64,000 nucleotides of DNA from Yuukianura sp. NJ FZ-2021 (GCA_046563655.1 CM102287.1:10602001-10666000), one strand, 5' to 3'; counted from the first letter of the stretch, positions 44,570 to 56,480 are shown. Made by a program: numbers and translations. Notes: generated by a model from the sequence alone, not told the origin.

Positions 44570-44782
44570 GAACATGGTTATCTGAGTACTAGGCACTACT
44601 ATGACTTGTCTTGAGACAAAATTGCGGGAAGGTTTTTAAAAAGTGACAAATCAAAATTAAAATTCCAAAACTAACTACATAAATCAAAAAAGAAGCAATG
44701 TGTTTGTGCAATTAAGTTAATTAATTTAATTGTTAGCTGGATTAGTTGATTAATAATTAGGTTGAGTGGAGTCACAAAGGAA

Positions 44783-47168
44783 ATGGCCACTAGCATGAAG
44801 TTCGGTTGTCGAATTTATGGAACCAGGCAATCCTTCTTTTACTCTGGAAAGCAGGTCAAGTTTTACAGGTAAGGAAACGAATCCAAAACAATCAACGAAT
44901 TAAGCAGTTGTTAAAGGTTGTCTCTTGTTTTGAATGAGTCTTTGTTTTTGTTGCAGAGCAACTTCCAGTGCAATAGATACTTCAAGTACTCCTCCACGTC
45001 ACAAAACTGATTGGAAGGAAAGTGATGGGTCTATTGCTCAATTTACGACAAGCAGTCGGTTCTTCCACAACTTTGACTCCAGTGGGCCAAAGTCACATTC
45101 CAAACAATGGGGCACAAGTTCGCTGTACCTGTATTCAATTGGTGCTGGGCTAGTTGTATTGGGAGGATACTTTGCACTTCGGAAGGACTCAACTCAAGTA
45201 CTTGGTTAGTATCCATTAAGAATCCTAAAAAACTACAAGTGTCTAATCCTTTCAATCTTCCAGCACTCTCCGTTCCGGAACTACCTTCAACACGAGTCGT
45301 TCCATCTTTACCTACGTTCAAATCAGTGGAAGTGTCGGACCATTATGACATCAGTCGCAGGGTGAGTGCCTCTTCCTGTTCCCGAATCAGTCATTGATTT
45401 ACTTTCTGTTTCTGTGCCCATGTTAAGGTGTGGGTGACATTCCATCGTGGAGTTTACGACGTAACAGACTTTGTGTCCAAGCATCCGGGAGGAGACAGAA
45501 TCATGATGGCGGCTGGTGGTTCACTCGAACCATTCTGGGAATTGTACCCAACTCACCAACGATCAGACGTCTACGAAATTCTAGAGAAACATCGCATTGG
45601 TAAGCTAAGTTCACAATCATAAGAATACAGTTTATTTTTTTCCAAACTGAGATTAGTATTTTCAGCGGGTATTTGTTGCGAATACTGACTACAATAAAAA
45701 CCAAATGGCGATCAACTAAAACTATTGTTTGATTCCAGGGAATTTGGCGGAAGAGGATCAAGTGAAGTTGGACGCCGGTGACCTGGGTCACTTCAAAAAT
45801 GAACCCAAACGCCACCCTGCATTTCTCATCAGAGCTCAGAAGCCATTCAATGGAGAGTCTCCTCCAGTCATTCTGCCACACAAGTTCTTCACTCCCAAGT
45901 CAGTTAAGAACGTAAAAGTCCAACTGATTTCATTCAAAATTTGATCATAATCTTTCTAAATGATTGTTTTTGTTCCAGTGAACTTTTCTACGTGAGAAAC
46001 CACTTACCAGTCCCTGCTGTGGACGTCAATTCGTATCGTTTAGAGATTGCGGGAATCGGTGTTTCTGGAAAAGAATTTACACTGGAGCAGCTTCAGAAGT
46101 TCCGACGAGTGACCATTGCAGCTACTATCCAATGCGGAGGAAACAGACGAAGTGAGATGGGGATTGTGAAACCAGTGGCTGGGTTGGCTTGGACTGGCGG
46201 TGCAATTGGAAATGCAGAGTGGACAGGAGTGAGTCTGAAGGATGTGCTGGCAGCATCTGGATTTCGACTAGAAAACTACCCCAACCCACACAAACTGCAC
46301 ATTCAGTTCGAAGGGATGGACAGTGATCAGTCGGGAGAGTGTTATGGCTCTTCCATTCCACTGTCTTATCTCTTGGACAACAATTTCACCCCGATCCTTG
46401 CTTTTGAAATGAATCATCGCCCACTCCCTTTGGACCATGGATTTCCAGTCAGAGTCATTCTGCCAGGCATAGTTGGAGCCAGGAGCACCAAATGGCTTAG
46501 TAAGTACTCACAAAATCAGAATTTAGACCACCCTTTCGAATTTCCAATTGAAAAACGCCTTCTTCTGTGTAGGTCGAATTGTGATCAGTGAAAAGGAGAA
46601 TCAATCCCCATGGCAACAGAGAGACTACAAGGTCTTCAATTCTTCTGTAACCATGGACACAGTGGACTTTTCTGCGGCTCCCGCCATTCAAGACACTCCA
46701 GTCACTTCGTACATTTGCTCTCACAAGTCAGGCGACACTGTTTCTCCCGGACAGAAAGTGACACTGGAGGGATACGCTTTCTCTGGAGGTGGCAGAGCCA
46801 TTGTGCGGGTAGAAATTTCAACGGATAAGGGCAAGAGCTGGCAAGTGGCCAAACTCAGTTCCGACGAAACAGTAAGTGGAATTCTTAAAGTAATTTTAAT
46901 GTTTCTAATTGGAGAGAAGGAAATGTAACATTTGTTGTTGTAGAGGAAAGAGTCAAGTAGGAACTGGGCGTGGTCCCTCTGGACTGCCACTGTGGACGTG
47001 CGTGGTGACAGTGGTCAGAAACTTGAAGTTTGGGTGAAGGCAGTTGACTCTGGCTACAACCAACAGGCAGAGAGTTTCAATTCCATATACAACTACAGAG
47101 GACTCCTCGCCAACGCCATCCACAAAATCAACCTCAACATTGCAAGAAACGTTTCCAGTCCCAAGTAA
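44783..47168 (+). CDS. SUOX: Sulfite oxidase, mitochondrial
   Basis: Cytochrome b5 domain (VWVTFHRGVYDVTDFVSKHPGG), Moco domain (LFYVRNHLPVP, TIQCGGNRRSEM, DHGFPVRVILPGIVGARSTKWL, WQQRDYK), dimerisation domain (GYAFSGGGRAIVRVEIS, KAVDSGYNQQAE). Confidence 0.96.
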
Positions 47169-47288
47169 GACAAAACATTCTATTTCAAACAGCGCAGCGA
47201 GAGAAGTGGTCCGGAACTCTATTCGCTGTTTTTACTCTTTTATTCTACACTAAAGTCACAATAAAAACGGAAAATACTCTTAGAATGG

Positions 47289-48500
47289 CTAGTCCAGAAA
47301 GACGACTTGTTCCGTTTTGCCAGTGATTCCTTTGGCAGGGGTCATGGGCTCACCATAAATTGTCATCCAGCTCACTTCTGTCATTTCCGTGTTCCCCATG
47401 TTCTCTGGAATGAAAATGTGGAGATTCGTAACATTCTGGAATCGAGCCTGGTTCAGTTCAAAGCTCAACTCTCCATTTAGATCCTCCGGTCCAAGTCTAT
47501 GAAAGTAGAGACATTTACACTTGGTAGTCTTAGAACTTAAGAACTGATGCAGTTTCTTACTTGATTTCTTGCGTCGGTGTGAACTGGTTGACGTCGTTGA
47601 AATCCAGGGATGCTACCTGATTCATGAAAAGCTTCAAACGTTTAGGACCAGTGTCGCAAGGAGCTTTGATTTTGAGTGACTTGATCTAAAAACAAAGTAA
47701 TAGTCGAGAATTCTTGAACAGAGTGCTGTTTTTCTAAAGTTTTGATTTACTTTGACAGGTTGGTTGAATCCATAGACGAGAATAAGCTGCTCATCACAAT
47801 CCGACTCCAGTCGGTTCTTCCTTGCAAGGAATCCTGAGAATGGAGTGAGATCAGACACATTGAGGCACTCTGAACGATTGGGATCAACATACAAGGACAA
47901 ATCACCCACTCCACCAGGACCCATGCAAAGTCCCACTTCAACGTCAGGCATTTCCACTCTCTCCTTTGCCAACTGTTGGCGTAGAACTTCCTCCAGCTCA
48001 AGAGGCTTTGCACCCTAAGGTAAATCAATTAATCTCTTAGTCAATTAGTTGAAGGACAGAAAAGGAGGTGAATTGACCTGAATAACTTGGAGGGGTTCCA
48101 TGTTTTTGTACAACACAAAAGTAGGCATCACTTGGATGTTGTGCTTCTGAATGGTCGCTCGACACAGATCCGCATCAACCTGTTACAAGAATTTGAGTTA
48201 ATTGAATTGAAAATTGGTTTTGGGTGTGGATTACCTTGATGAATTTGATAGAGTGGAAGTTGGCACTGAGTGATCTGAATATGGGTTGGATGGTGGTGCA
48301 AGCAGCACTGTCTTTGAGGAAGTACAGTACGACAGCCAGCGACTTTCGACCCACAGTCTCCATGTATGTCGCAAAGTGGGCGTCACTCGTCATGCCTTCT
48401 ACGTCCATCTTAGACAAGTGTGTAGAGTTGACTCTCCTTAACAATTAATTCACTAATTAACGTACACTTTTACTTGTCTTCTGATTGAGTATGAGTTCAT
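47289..48500 (-). CDS. TXNL1: Thioredoxin-like 1 family protein (Trx + PITH), degenerate active site
   Basis: Trx fold (FIKVDAD..MPTFVLYKN) followed by a PITH domain (SECLN...LESDCDEQL..FNQPVK...RFQNVTNLHIFIPENMG). CxxC reads SAAC. The first exon is tentative. Confidence 0.75.
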
Positions 48501-48556
48501 TTGAACTTTGTGTTTTGTTTTTGTTTTGAATTGAATTTATAAATGAATTCAAAATT

Positions 48557-48719
48557 TATTCCCGCCGCGTCTCAATCGACCCGAATACAAAAAGTATCTA
48601 ATTCTCTGATAAGTTGTCTAATTCTCTGATAAGTTCGAAATATCCGATATCGGATATTTAAAACTTATCAGAGAATTAGACACTTTTTAGTTGGGGCAGG
48701 TTGAGACGCGGCGGAAATA
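48557..48719. promoter_or_regulatory. Palindromic bidirectional promoter TXNL1-like/KIF23
   Basis: Nested inverted repeats CCGCCGCGTCTCAA/TTGAGACGCGGCGG and TCTAATTCTCTGATAAGTT/AACTTATCAGAGAATTAGA, a perfect centre AAATATCCGATATCGGATATTT, and a CCAAT box at ~48742. Confidence 0.7.
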
Positions 48720-48924
48720 CATTTTCAAAAAATGAAAGCAGCCAATCAGAAGAGAGCATTCTCCCGCTCCTTTTCTCCGGTCCCTTTCCCTTTTCTTTTT
48801 CAGTTGGTCGTTGGAAGTTGTTCTAAACAGAATCCTCCATTCAATTTGTGTTCTCTATTTAATTTAACTTAAACAACGATTATAACTTTGTCATCAGTGA
48901 ATCTCTGAAACAGTAAGTAAACGT

Positions 48925-51900
48925 ATGGATTTCGTTTACAGTAAGCGACATCCAGTCACATCCGCATCCAAGGCTACCAAGCGACCGAATCCAGTCCCCT
49001 CTGCTGCAACGATGAAGGAGTCCACTGAAACTGACCCTGTCCAAGTGTATTGCCGTGTCAAACCAATGGAGTCAGATGGGGAGACATGTCTAGAAGTCAA
49101 GTATCCAAATGCAGTCTGTGTTTATCCACCACAGAGTCTCTCCTGGAACAAGGCCAAACAAGGCACTTACACATTCAACAATGTCTTCGATCAACAGTCC
49201 ACACAAAAACAAGTCTTCGACCAAGTAGCTCGTCCTCTCGTTCAGGTTAGATTTACACTCAACTGAATTAGTTGATTTGGAATTGAATAGACATAATTGA
49301 TGGTTGCAGGACTTGCTGGATGGGAAGAGTTCCCTTCTGTTCGCATATGGAGTGACTGGATCTGGGAAAACATTCACAATGTCTGGAACTGCAGAACAAC
49401 CGGGAGTCATGCCTCGTGTCTTGGATGTCCTCTTCAATTCTATCCAGACCAGAAAAGCCACAAAGTATACATTCAAACCAGACCATATGAATGGATTCGA
49501 CTGCCAGTCAAAGGTTGAAATTATGCTACAGAGACAGCAGGAACTCAATAAGCCAACTCCAAGGAATCTCAGGAGGTATGTCTTTTTCCTACTTCTTCAA
49601 AGCATTCCCTCACATTTTCAATTGCATGTATCATATATCATCTTGGTTTCGTATTTTTCCAGTGCGGCTAACATTGGGAGCACTCCGACTCCAGCGTCCA
49701 GTGGTCCAGACTCTGAAGATGAAGAAAGAGCATTGGACTCTACGACTCTTGTTCCTCGCAATGAGAATGAGAACGTTTTCTCTGTCTTTGTGACCTACGT
49801 CCAGATTTACAACAAGAGCATCTACGACCTTTTGGATGAAGCCTCCTATGTGCCTGATTTTTCCAAGAAGACGAGTGGACCTCAAGCGAAGATCACTCGT
49901 TCAGATGCTTCTGGCAACATGTATGTTCACAACGTGGTGGAAGTGGAGGTTGAATCTGCGGAAGAGGCTCTCCAAGTCTTGAAACGGGGACAGAAACGAA
50001 GAAAGTTTGCTCAGACGTTGCTCAACACGGAATCCAGTCGCAGCCATTCCATTTTCAACGTTCGTTTGGTTCAGGTATGAATTTATTCATGTATTTCTGA
50101 GTCTAAAGGAATGGAAATGTACTAATTGCCCATAAACGAGTGAGAATCAATTGAAATTTGATTGATAGGCTCCATATGACGCAGTGGAAGACGACGTTGT
50201 TGATGACAAGAGTTTGATTCGCGTGAGTCAGCTGTCGCTAGTGGATTTGGCTGGAAGCGAGCGGAACACAAGAACGCAGACGGTTGGTGACCGACTTCGA
50301 GAAGCAGGTCACTTGATTCTTTTATTCTTTCCCCCTCCCCTTGTAACTAATAGGTTCTTTTGTTATTTCAGGTCGAATTAATGCGAGTATCATGAATCTG
50401 CACAAGTGTATGGTGGCCCTTCGGAAGAGACAGCAACGCGGAGACCGTGAAGCAGTCGTCCCTTACAGAGATGACAAGTTGACTAATTTTCTGAAATCTT
50501 ACTTCGAGGGCCAAGGCAGAATTTGCATGCTTCTCTGCATCAACCCCCGAGCTGAAGACTACGACGAAAATCTGGTAACAATCTCCTCTGTACACTCAAG
50601 AATCAAACAGGAAATTCATTTTAGAAATCAGAATCCAATCCATTTTGCTATTTCTAATACGATGCCAGGAAGGGTACAAGATTTCATTTTTTGCAATGTT
50701 TTTATGAACACTACTTGAAATTGATCAAGTATTTTAATTTTTTCCTGAACTTTGTTTATATTTTAACTTGAAAAGAGCAGTAAGGAATTATGGAACGACT
50801 TTTAGTTTTAGCAAGATAAATGAAAATTATAATTTAAATTTTCATTGAGAGTGAAATAAGGGAAGTGTCTGGTGGGAAAGTGAGTCAATTGTGAAGAGCA
50901 TGACTGAGTATCTTTCCGTAAGCGATTCAGGAGTGCAAGATTCGCTGAATTATACCCGATTATGTGAAACTTCTAGGATTTTATTATCTTTACTCCTTTT
51001 CAACTAAAATTGGAATCTTGTTTTCAGCACGTGTGTACATTTGCGGAACAAGCCCAGGAGATTGAAGTAACTCGACAGCCATCACGGCCCGATCCTCCTC
51101 CCTTCACACCGCGACGCAGGGACAATTTGGTAAGGAATTTAATTCCTAACGCCTTAAGTTGAACCATCCTTATATGTCTGTCCTAACTCATGTTTCTTTT
51201 CTGGATTAGGTTGTGAACGTAGTGCCGAAGCATGGTGTGGAGGTTCTTGGTGTTCCAGTCGTTTCTATGGAGACAATTACCAAAATCCTCCCACTCGACA
51301 GATTCCTCAAACCAGAAGAAGGGAGAGAGGTCTTGGAAAAGTTAAAACGAGCGGTCGAAGAGAGAAAGAATTGGAAAACTGCACTCAATTCACAGCTTCT
51401 GGAGAAACGTAAGTCACAACCAGTCTCTGTTTTCCATTCTTTGAAAACAAATTGAAACTAAATGATTTGTTTTTCGTTAGGAACGGAGTTTCGGAATTTG
51501 TTGGTGGAACGGGAGCGCTGGATTAATGCGCAGACTGTTGAACTGGAGAATCTCGCTTGTAAGTTGCAAAAGGCGGATGAAGACCGGAGGATGAGAAATG
51601 GAGTAATTGAGAAGCTCACTTACGAGAAAGATCAACTGACGGAAGCAAAAGAACAAATTGAACGGAACAACAGCGACCTCTTGCAGGAGGTAACTCATTT
51701 TTAATCTCCCTTGTTGAATTTCATTTGTTTCTGGACTAAACTGTTCCTTTCCTGTAGATTTCGAGACTGAAGGAGGAGTATCGTCAGTTGGAGATGAAGC
51801 ACAATGAAGAGCGGAAGCGTCTGGTCAAGGATCTTGGTTTGCAGCGGCAGTTGGACTGTGTGAAGAGAGAGCGTGAGATGAAGAAGGAGGAGAGTCGCTT

Positions 51901-52773
51901 GAAGGAAAAGTACAAGCACAAAGACAAAGCCATCGCTGCCATGAAGGAATTGGTCAACCAAGTGGAGCCAGACACTAGCAGTGCCAGTGGAAGACAGTCT
52001 CGTTCTCCCTCTCGACGCAATAGAGCTCAAGACGACTCTTCTTTGTTGTCTGGATCCACAAGTTCAGACTCACACGTTCAGATGAGGAGTCGAAGTGTAC
52101 CGTCTAAATCTAAATCTACAACTGAATTTCCAGTCGCTTCGCAACAACAGGTTTTGTGCCGAACTATACTTTCCTTTACCTGAGTTTTCCTTGGATTTTA
52201 TAACTTTGTTTTCTGAATTGAAGGCCCCAATCGAGCTGAGTAATGTTGCACTCATTAATCCAAGACGTTCTCGATCCCAAGTGCAAGGAGAAGGGAGATG
52301 GCTGGAACACACCCCAATGCCGAATGCTGCCTTGACTGGAAGTACACTTTTGCAGCCAGTGTTCAAGAAGAGCAAATCAGTGTCCAAAGTACGCCTAGAA
52401 GACTTGACTTCTCCTAAAACCACCAACTACTGCCTGAGGAGAGACATCCAGAACGCAGAAGGGGACATTGAGACTCAGCTCTACAAGGTACGCATCCAAA
52501 CATTTATTTCTCCTTCCATCCTTTTAATTGTTCATTTTAACAAGTGGATCATTTGTGGTTTAGGCTGATGTGGTGACGAACAACGGAGGAGCCACCGTGA
52601 CGTTTGTGGATGTGGAGACTTTGAAGCAGAGGTCGCCCCTTGACCCATCTCTGCACAATCGAAAGAGAGCGTCGTCCGACGTCAATTCCGTTGACCCACA
52701 AGAGTTAGCTGAGAGATGCCGCGTGGGGGTGGGCTACATCCGCTCTCCCAAGAAATCTCGACACGACAACTGA
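48925..52773 (+). CDS. KIF23: Kinesin-6 KIF23/pavarotti (MKLP1)
   Basis: [12 protein letters not shown]-loop GVTGSGKT, kinesin-6 insert [48 protein letters not shown], coiled coil, C-terminal WLEH...[27 protein letters not shown]. Confidence 0.95.
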
Positions 52774-53502
52774 ATCCAACCAGCATTTCTCCATCCTAAG
52801 TGCATTCAAACTACTCATCCTCATTCTTGTATCATTTCTCTTCCAAGGTAAGCCCCGACCTTTATCCTCTCAATCTCAAATATTCCTATCCAAAGGAACA
52901 TATTCATTCCGAACGTGGTTAGCCTAAAGGGAAACTACTTTGACATTTACTTACAAATAGTTGCGCCTTTTCTTATTGCACTGTTAATGTAGGATGTTTA
53001 TGTTCATATTTTGTCTTAAGGTTAATATTTGTAAGGGCCTTTCACCTCAGGTGAAAATGTTATATCTTCTTTACTCTTTTCCTATTCCCTTGTCTTTTAA
53101 TAAATTGACAGGTTTATATAATTAATTACAACTCAATTTTCAACGTAAATTCTACGACAATTTTAGTCAGTTCACTCCATTCCAGAAAAGCGCGCGAAAT
53201 CCCAAGTTTAATTTTGGCTTGGGTAGAGCAGAGATGTGAACTTTGGGTGCGGGAGGCTTTTGATTTACAAACCTCGATAGTTTTAGTTGCCACAGTTCCG
53301 AAAGAGGTTAGTGTAATTGAGCTCGGTCTATGCCAAAGTTATGCCGAACCCACAAAGTACATGCTTGTTTTGGGTGTTTCCGATTGTTGTCTTTTTACAG
53401 CTGTTTTTGGTTGCTAATCCCATTACTAATTTAAAAAGTTAATTGAATTGAAATATCCAGTTAATTTGTGAATCTCAGTCCTAATTAAGGGAGTTGGGTA
53501 AG

Positions 53503-54163
53503 ATGACGATGCACTCAGCAATTCGTGGGAAACTGATCTCTGTGATTGGTGACGAGGCAAGTACACTCTGATTGCCTGTCTTGATTAATTCTTAACTAAT
53601 TGATGGTTGTTTCATTTCATTGATTAGGATACTTGCGTGGGATTTCTGCTGGGAGGAATTGGAGAGCTAAACAAGAATCGACAGCCAAACTTCATGGTCG
53701 TTGACAAAGGTCATTTCCTACACTTACAATCCATATTTTTCCATTGGATCAGTCGCAATTGATATCAAGTTGTAAATGATTTTGTTTCTGTAATCCTCAG
53801 GAACGAGTGTGAGCGAGATTGAAGAAACGTTCAAGCGGTTCATCAAGCGAGACGACATTGATATCATCCTCATCAATCAGAACGTAAACCGATCACCCAA
53901 CCATGGAAAATGTTAGAAATGGTGATAGTTTTGATTGTATTTGTAGATTGCGGAGATGATTCGTCATGTGATAGACACACACACTGCTGCAATCCCCGCT
54001 GTGCTGGAAATCCCTTCAAAGGACCATCCCTATGATCCATCCAAAGACTCCATTCTAAGAAGAGCCAGGGGTAACCTTCTCTTTGACTTTCACTCTTTAA
54101 GTCTAACAATCTAATGCTTTCATTCGTTTCCCAGGCATGTTCAACCCCGAAGATTTGCGCTGA
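53503..54163 (+). CDS. ATP6V1F: V-type proton ATPase subunit F
   Basis: [32 protein letters not shown]...[22 protein letters not shown]...[28 protein letters not shown]. The first coding intron is GC-AG. Confidence 0.97.
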
Positions 54164-54684
54164 AAGAAATCTATCGCTCCATCAAACCACATTCCACATT
54201 TCCATTCTGCGATCCCACTGCGTAAGCTAGTCTTATTCATTTGTAAGGGGATGTCTTAGGAAAGAAACAGCTTAGTGACTTAGTAAGTGAGCCATTGGTT
54301 TGTAGGATTTATTTCCTCTTTATCTTGATTACTTGAGTTGAAGGTATTGACGTAAATTATTGACTCAATTCCTAGTTGTATTGAACAATTAAAAGTAGTT
54401 GTGGAGTAGAATACTTAGTAAGGTAATTGAGGTATCCTTGAGAGTTAGTGCCTTTGTTCCAGGTTTAGTCCGACTGAGTATTGGAGTTAAGGTTCAAGTT
54501 GAATCCAGAGATGGATTTCGAGTTAGGCACAAGGGGCACTTGGTTCCTTACTTATTTCTTAAGACTAACGTTAGGCAATGGGCAGGCTCAAGTGGTTTGT
54601 AATGAGAGAGTAGGGTAAAAGTACTCCAAAGTAAATCACAGGTTAGAGAGAGTTGAGTCGAGAGGAGACAAGGTCAAAGGTTAA

Positions 54685-55766
54685 TTAGAGATGGGAGTTT
54701 GAAGCCACAGAATCTTGTCGGTATTTGTATGTCTTGGGGAGACGCGGAGCTCCTCCGCTCGTACTGGGCGTCGGTGTGTCTACCGTTGTGTCCGTGCTCT
54801 GCTGTCGCAACACTTTTCCTCTTCCTCGCGACATTTCCTCTGAAATTTGGTTAGAAATGGAGTAATTAGTTGATTGTGTGGTAGGGAAGGAAGCATAATT
54901 GAGTTACGCGGAGCAGTAGACTGAGGAGGTGGAGTATCTGCCTCGCTGTTGTCGGACACGGAGCTGCCTCGTCGCCCAGAAGCAGCGATGGCAGAGTGGC
55001 CACGGAAGAAGTGTTTGGATCCCTTGACTAAGCTAACATTCATAAGCCTAGGATTTGGCGTATTAAAAATTGTTCTATTCTCCCGGAATCGAGCTCTAGT
55101 CAACAAAAGAAATGTGACACTCTTGCATTAGACTAATTGCTTATTCAGTTAATTATAAAAGCAAGTCACTTACTTGGCAAAGAGCCTCATAACTATACAG
55201 AGCGTAACTGACATGAGAACGAGGCCTATGACCACCCCAATCATGGTGGGGTCTGTCCGCAGATCCACGGTGTACAGCATGCGTTCTGGGTAAACACTTA
55301 TTTTAAATATTTAAATTTGAATAAACTAATTGAGAATTGGTTTAATTGACTTTATTTACCACCACAGTGATCGGGGTTGTCCGCTCTTGGTGCGTAGCCC
55401 TCGAGGCAATTACAAACATTTTTACGACACTCGGTGAAGTCTCCGGTGCAGATTCGGGAGACGTTGTCACAGGAGAACCGTAGAGGCACTTCTGTTCACA
55501 TCAAAATCCCATTAAGTCCGAATGGAGAAAGCATGCAGGTAAGGTGGGAATTAACATAAGAGACAGCAGGGAAAGCACACTTTCTCTCTCTTTCCATTCC
55601 TGAATAATTGAATAATTCTTATATTAAAGGATTCTCAGGAGACACTGAACTTACTTGTGTGATTGTGAAGCAGCAACTGGTTCCTAGGCCCTTGGCCATT
55701 CAGGGTCATCATTTCTGTTGAGCCACCGTGAACCACAAGTGTGAGAAGGGCCAGTATCCAGGTCAT
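54685..55766 (-). CDS. Uncharacterised type I membrane protein (signal peptide, Cys-rich EGF/EB-like module, TM, cytoplasmic ARFRENRTIFNTPNPRLMNVSL motif)
   Basis: Spliced exons give MTWILALLTLVVHGG..., C-x5-C..TECRKNVCNCLEGY..HC, DPTMIGVVIGLVLMSVTLCIVMRLFAK|ARFRENRTIFNTPNPRLMNVSL. Confidence 0.75.
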
Positions 55767-56122
55767 GGCTTCTGTCACCCTACACTCTGCATTATTCGTT
55801 TCCAAAGGGCACTTGGGCACAACTGGGTCGCCTGAGCATCCTCTGCGGAGCACAAAGTGGAACTGAGCTTTCTCCGCACTCTCCCCACCTCACTTTCTCC
55901 GCCAGACTCCGCCCATAGTCATCAAGCAGCCATTCCAAACTCCATCGCCCCCCCCCCCTCCCGCGCTCGCTTGTCTCCGGCCGAAACCCAGGACACACTT
56001 CCCCTATATCCGCAAACTCACTGCAACCCCTTATTTTCTTTCTCCAGCCTAAACTAACCCTTTACCTACTACCTTATCAACTGCAGCAGGAATTAAAGGA
56101 GACTGTTTAGGAGAAAAAGTTA

Positions 56123-56480
56123 GGTTTAAAGTTTCCAACATGTTTTTTCCAGTTTATACCACTTTTGTAAATGAAGCAGCCGCGTTGCAGCTTGACCAGT
56201 ATACGGACGTTGTAGAGCGTCAAATTCTGCATCTTTTAGCATCCATTGCAGAAAAAAATAAGGGGCCTTTATTTGGAGATATTTGCGTGTAAAGTTTTCA
56301 AGACGTTTTTTCCCAGTTTCTGCCACTTTTGTCCATGAAGCAGCCGCGTTGCAGCTTGACAAGTATATGGACGTTGTAGAGCGTCAAATTCTGCATCTTT
56401 TAGCAGCAATTGCAGAAAAAAATAAAGGGCTTTATTTGGAGATATTTGCGTTTAAAGCTTTCAAGACGTTTTTTTCCAGT
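56123..56480. repeat. 164-165-bp satellite, diverged edge copies (~2)
   Basis: Same unit as 57565-58550 (gtagagcgtcaaatt...ttatttggagatatttgcgt). Confidence 0.9.

Noticed and set aside
50886..50953. Possible C/D snoRNA or U1-related sequence in a KIF23 intron (GTGAAGA...CTGA; GGAGTGCAA is complementary to the U1 loop II sequence)
   Set aside because: The C box is imperfect, the putative guide is not at the D-box +5 register, and the - strand has no U1 5' end (ATACTTACCTG) or Sm site. An Infernal/snoscan hit would be needed to revive it.
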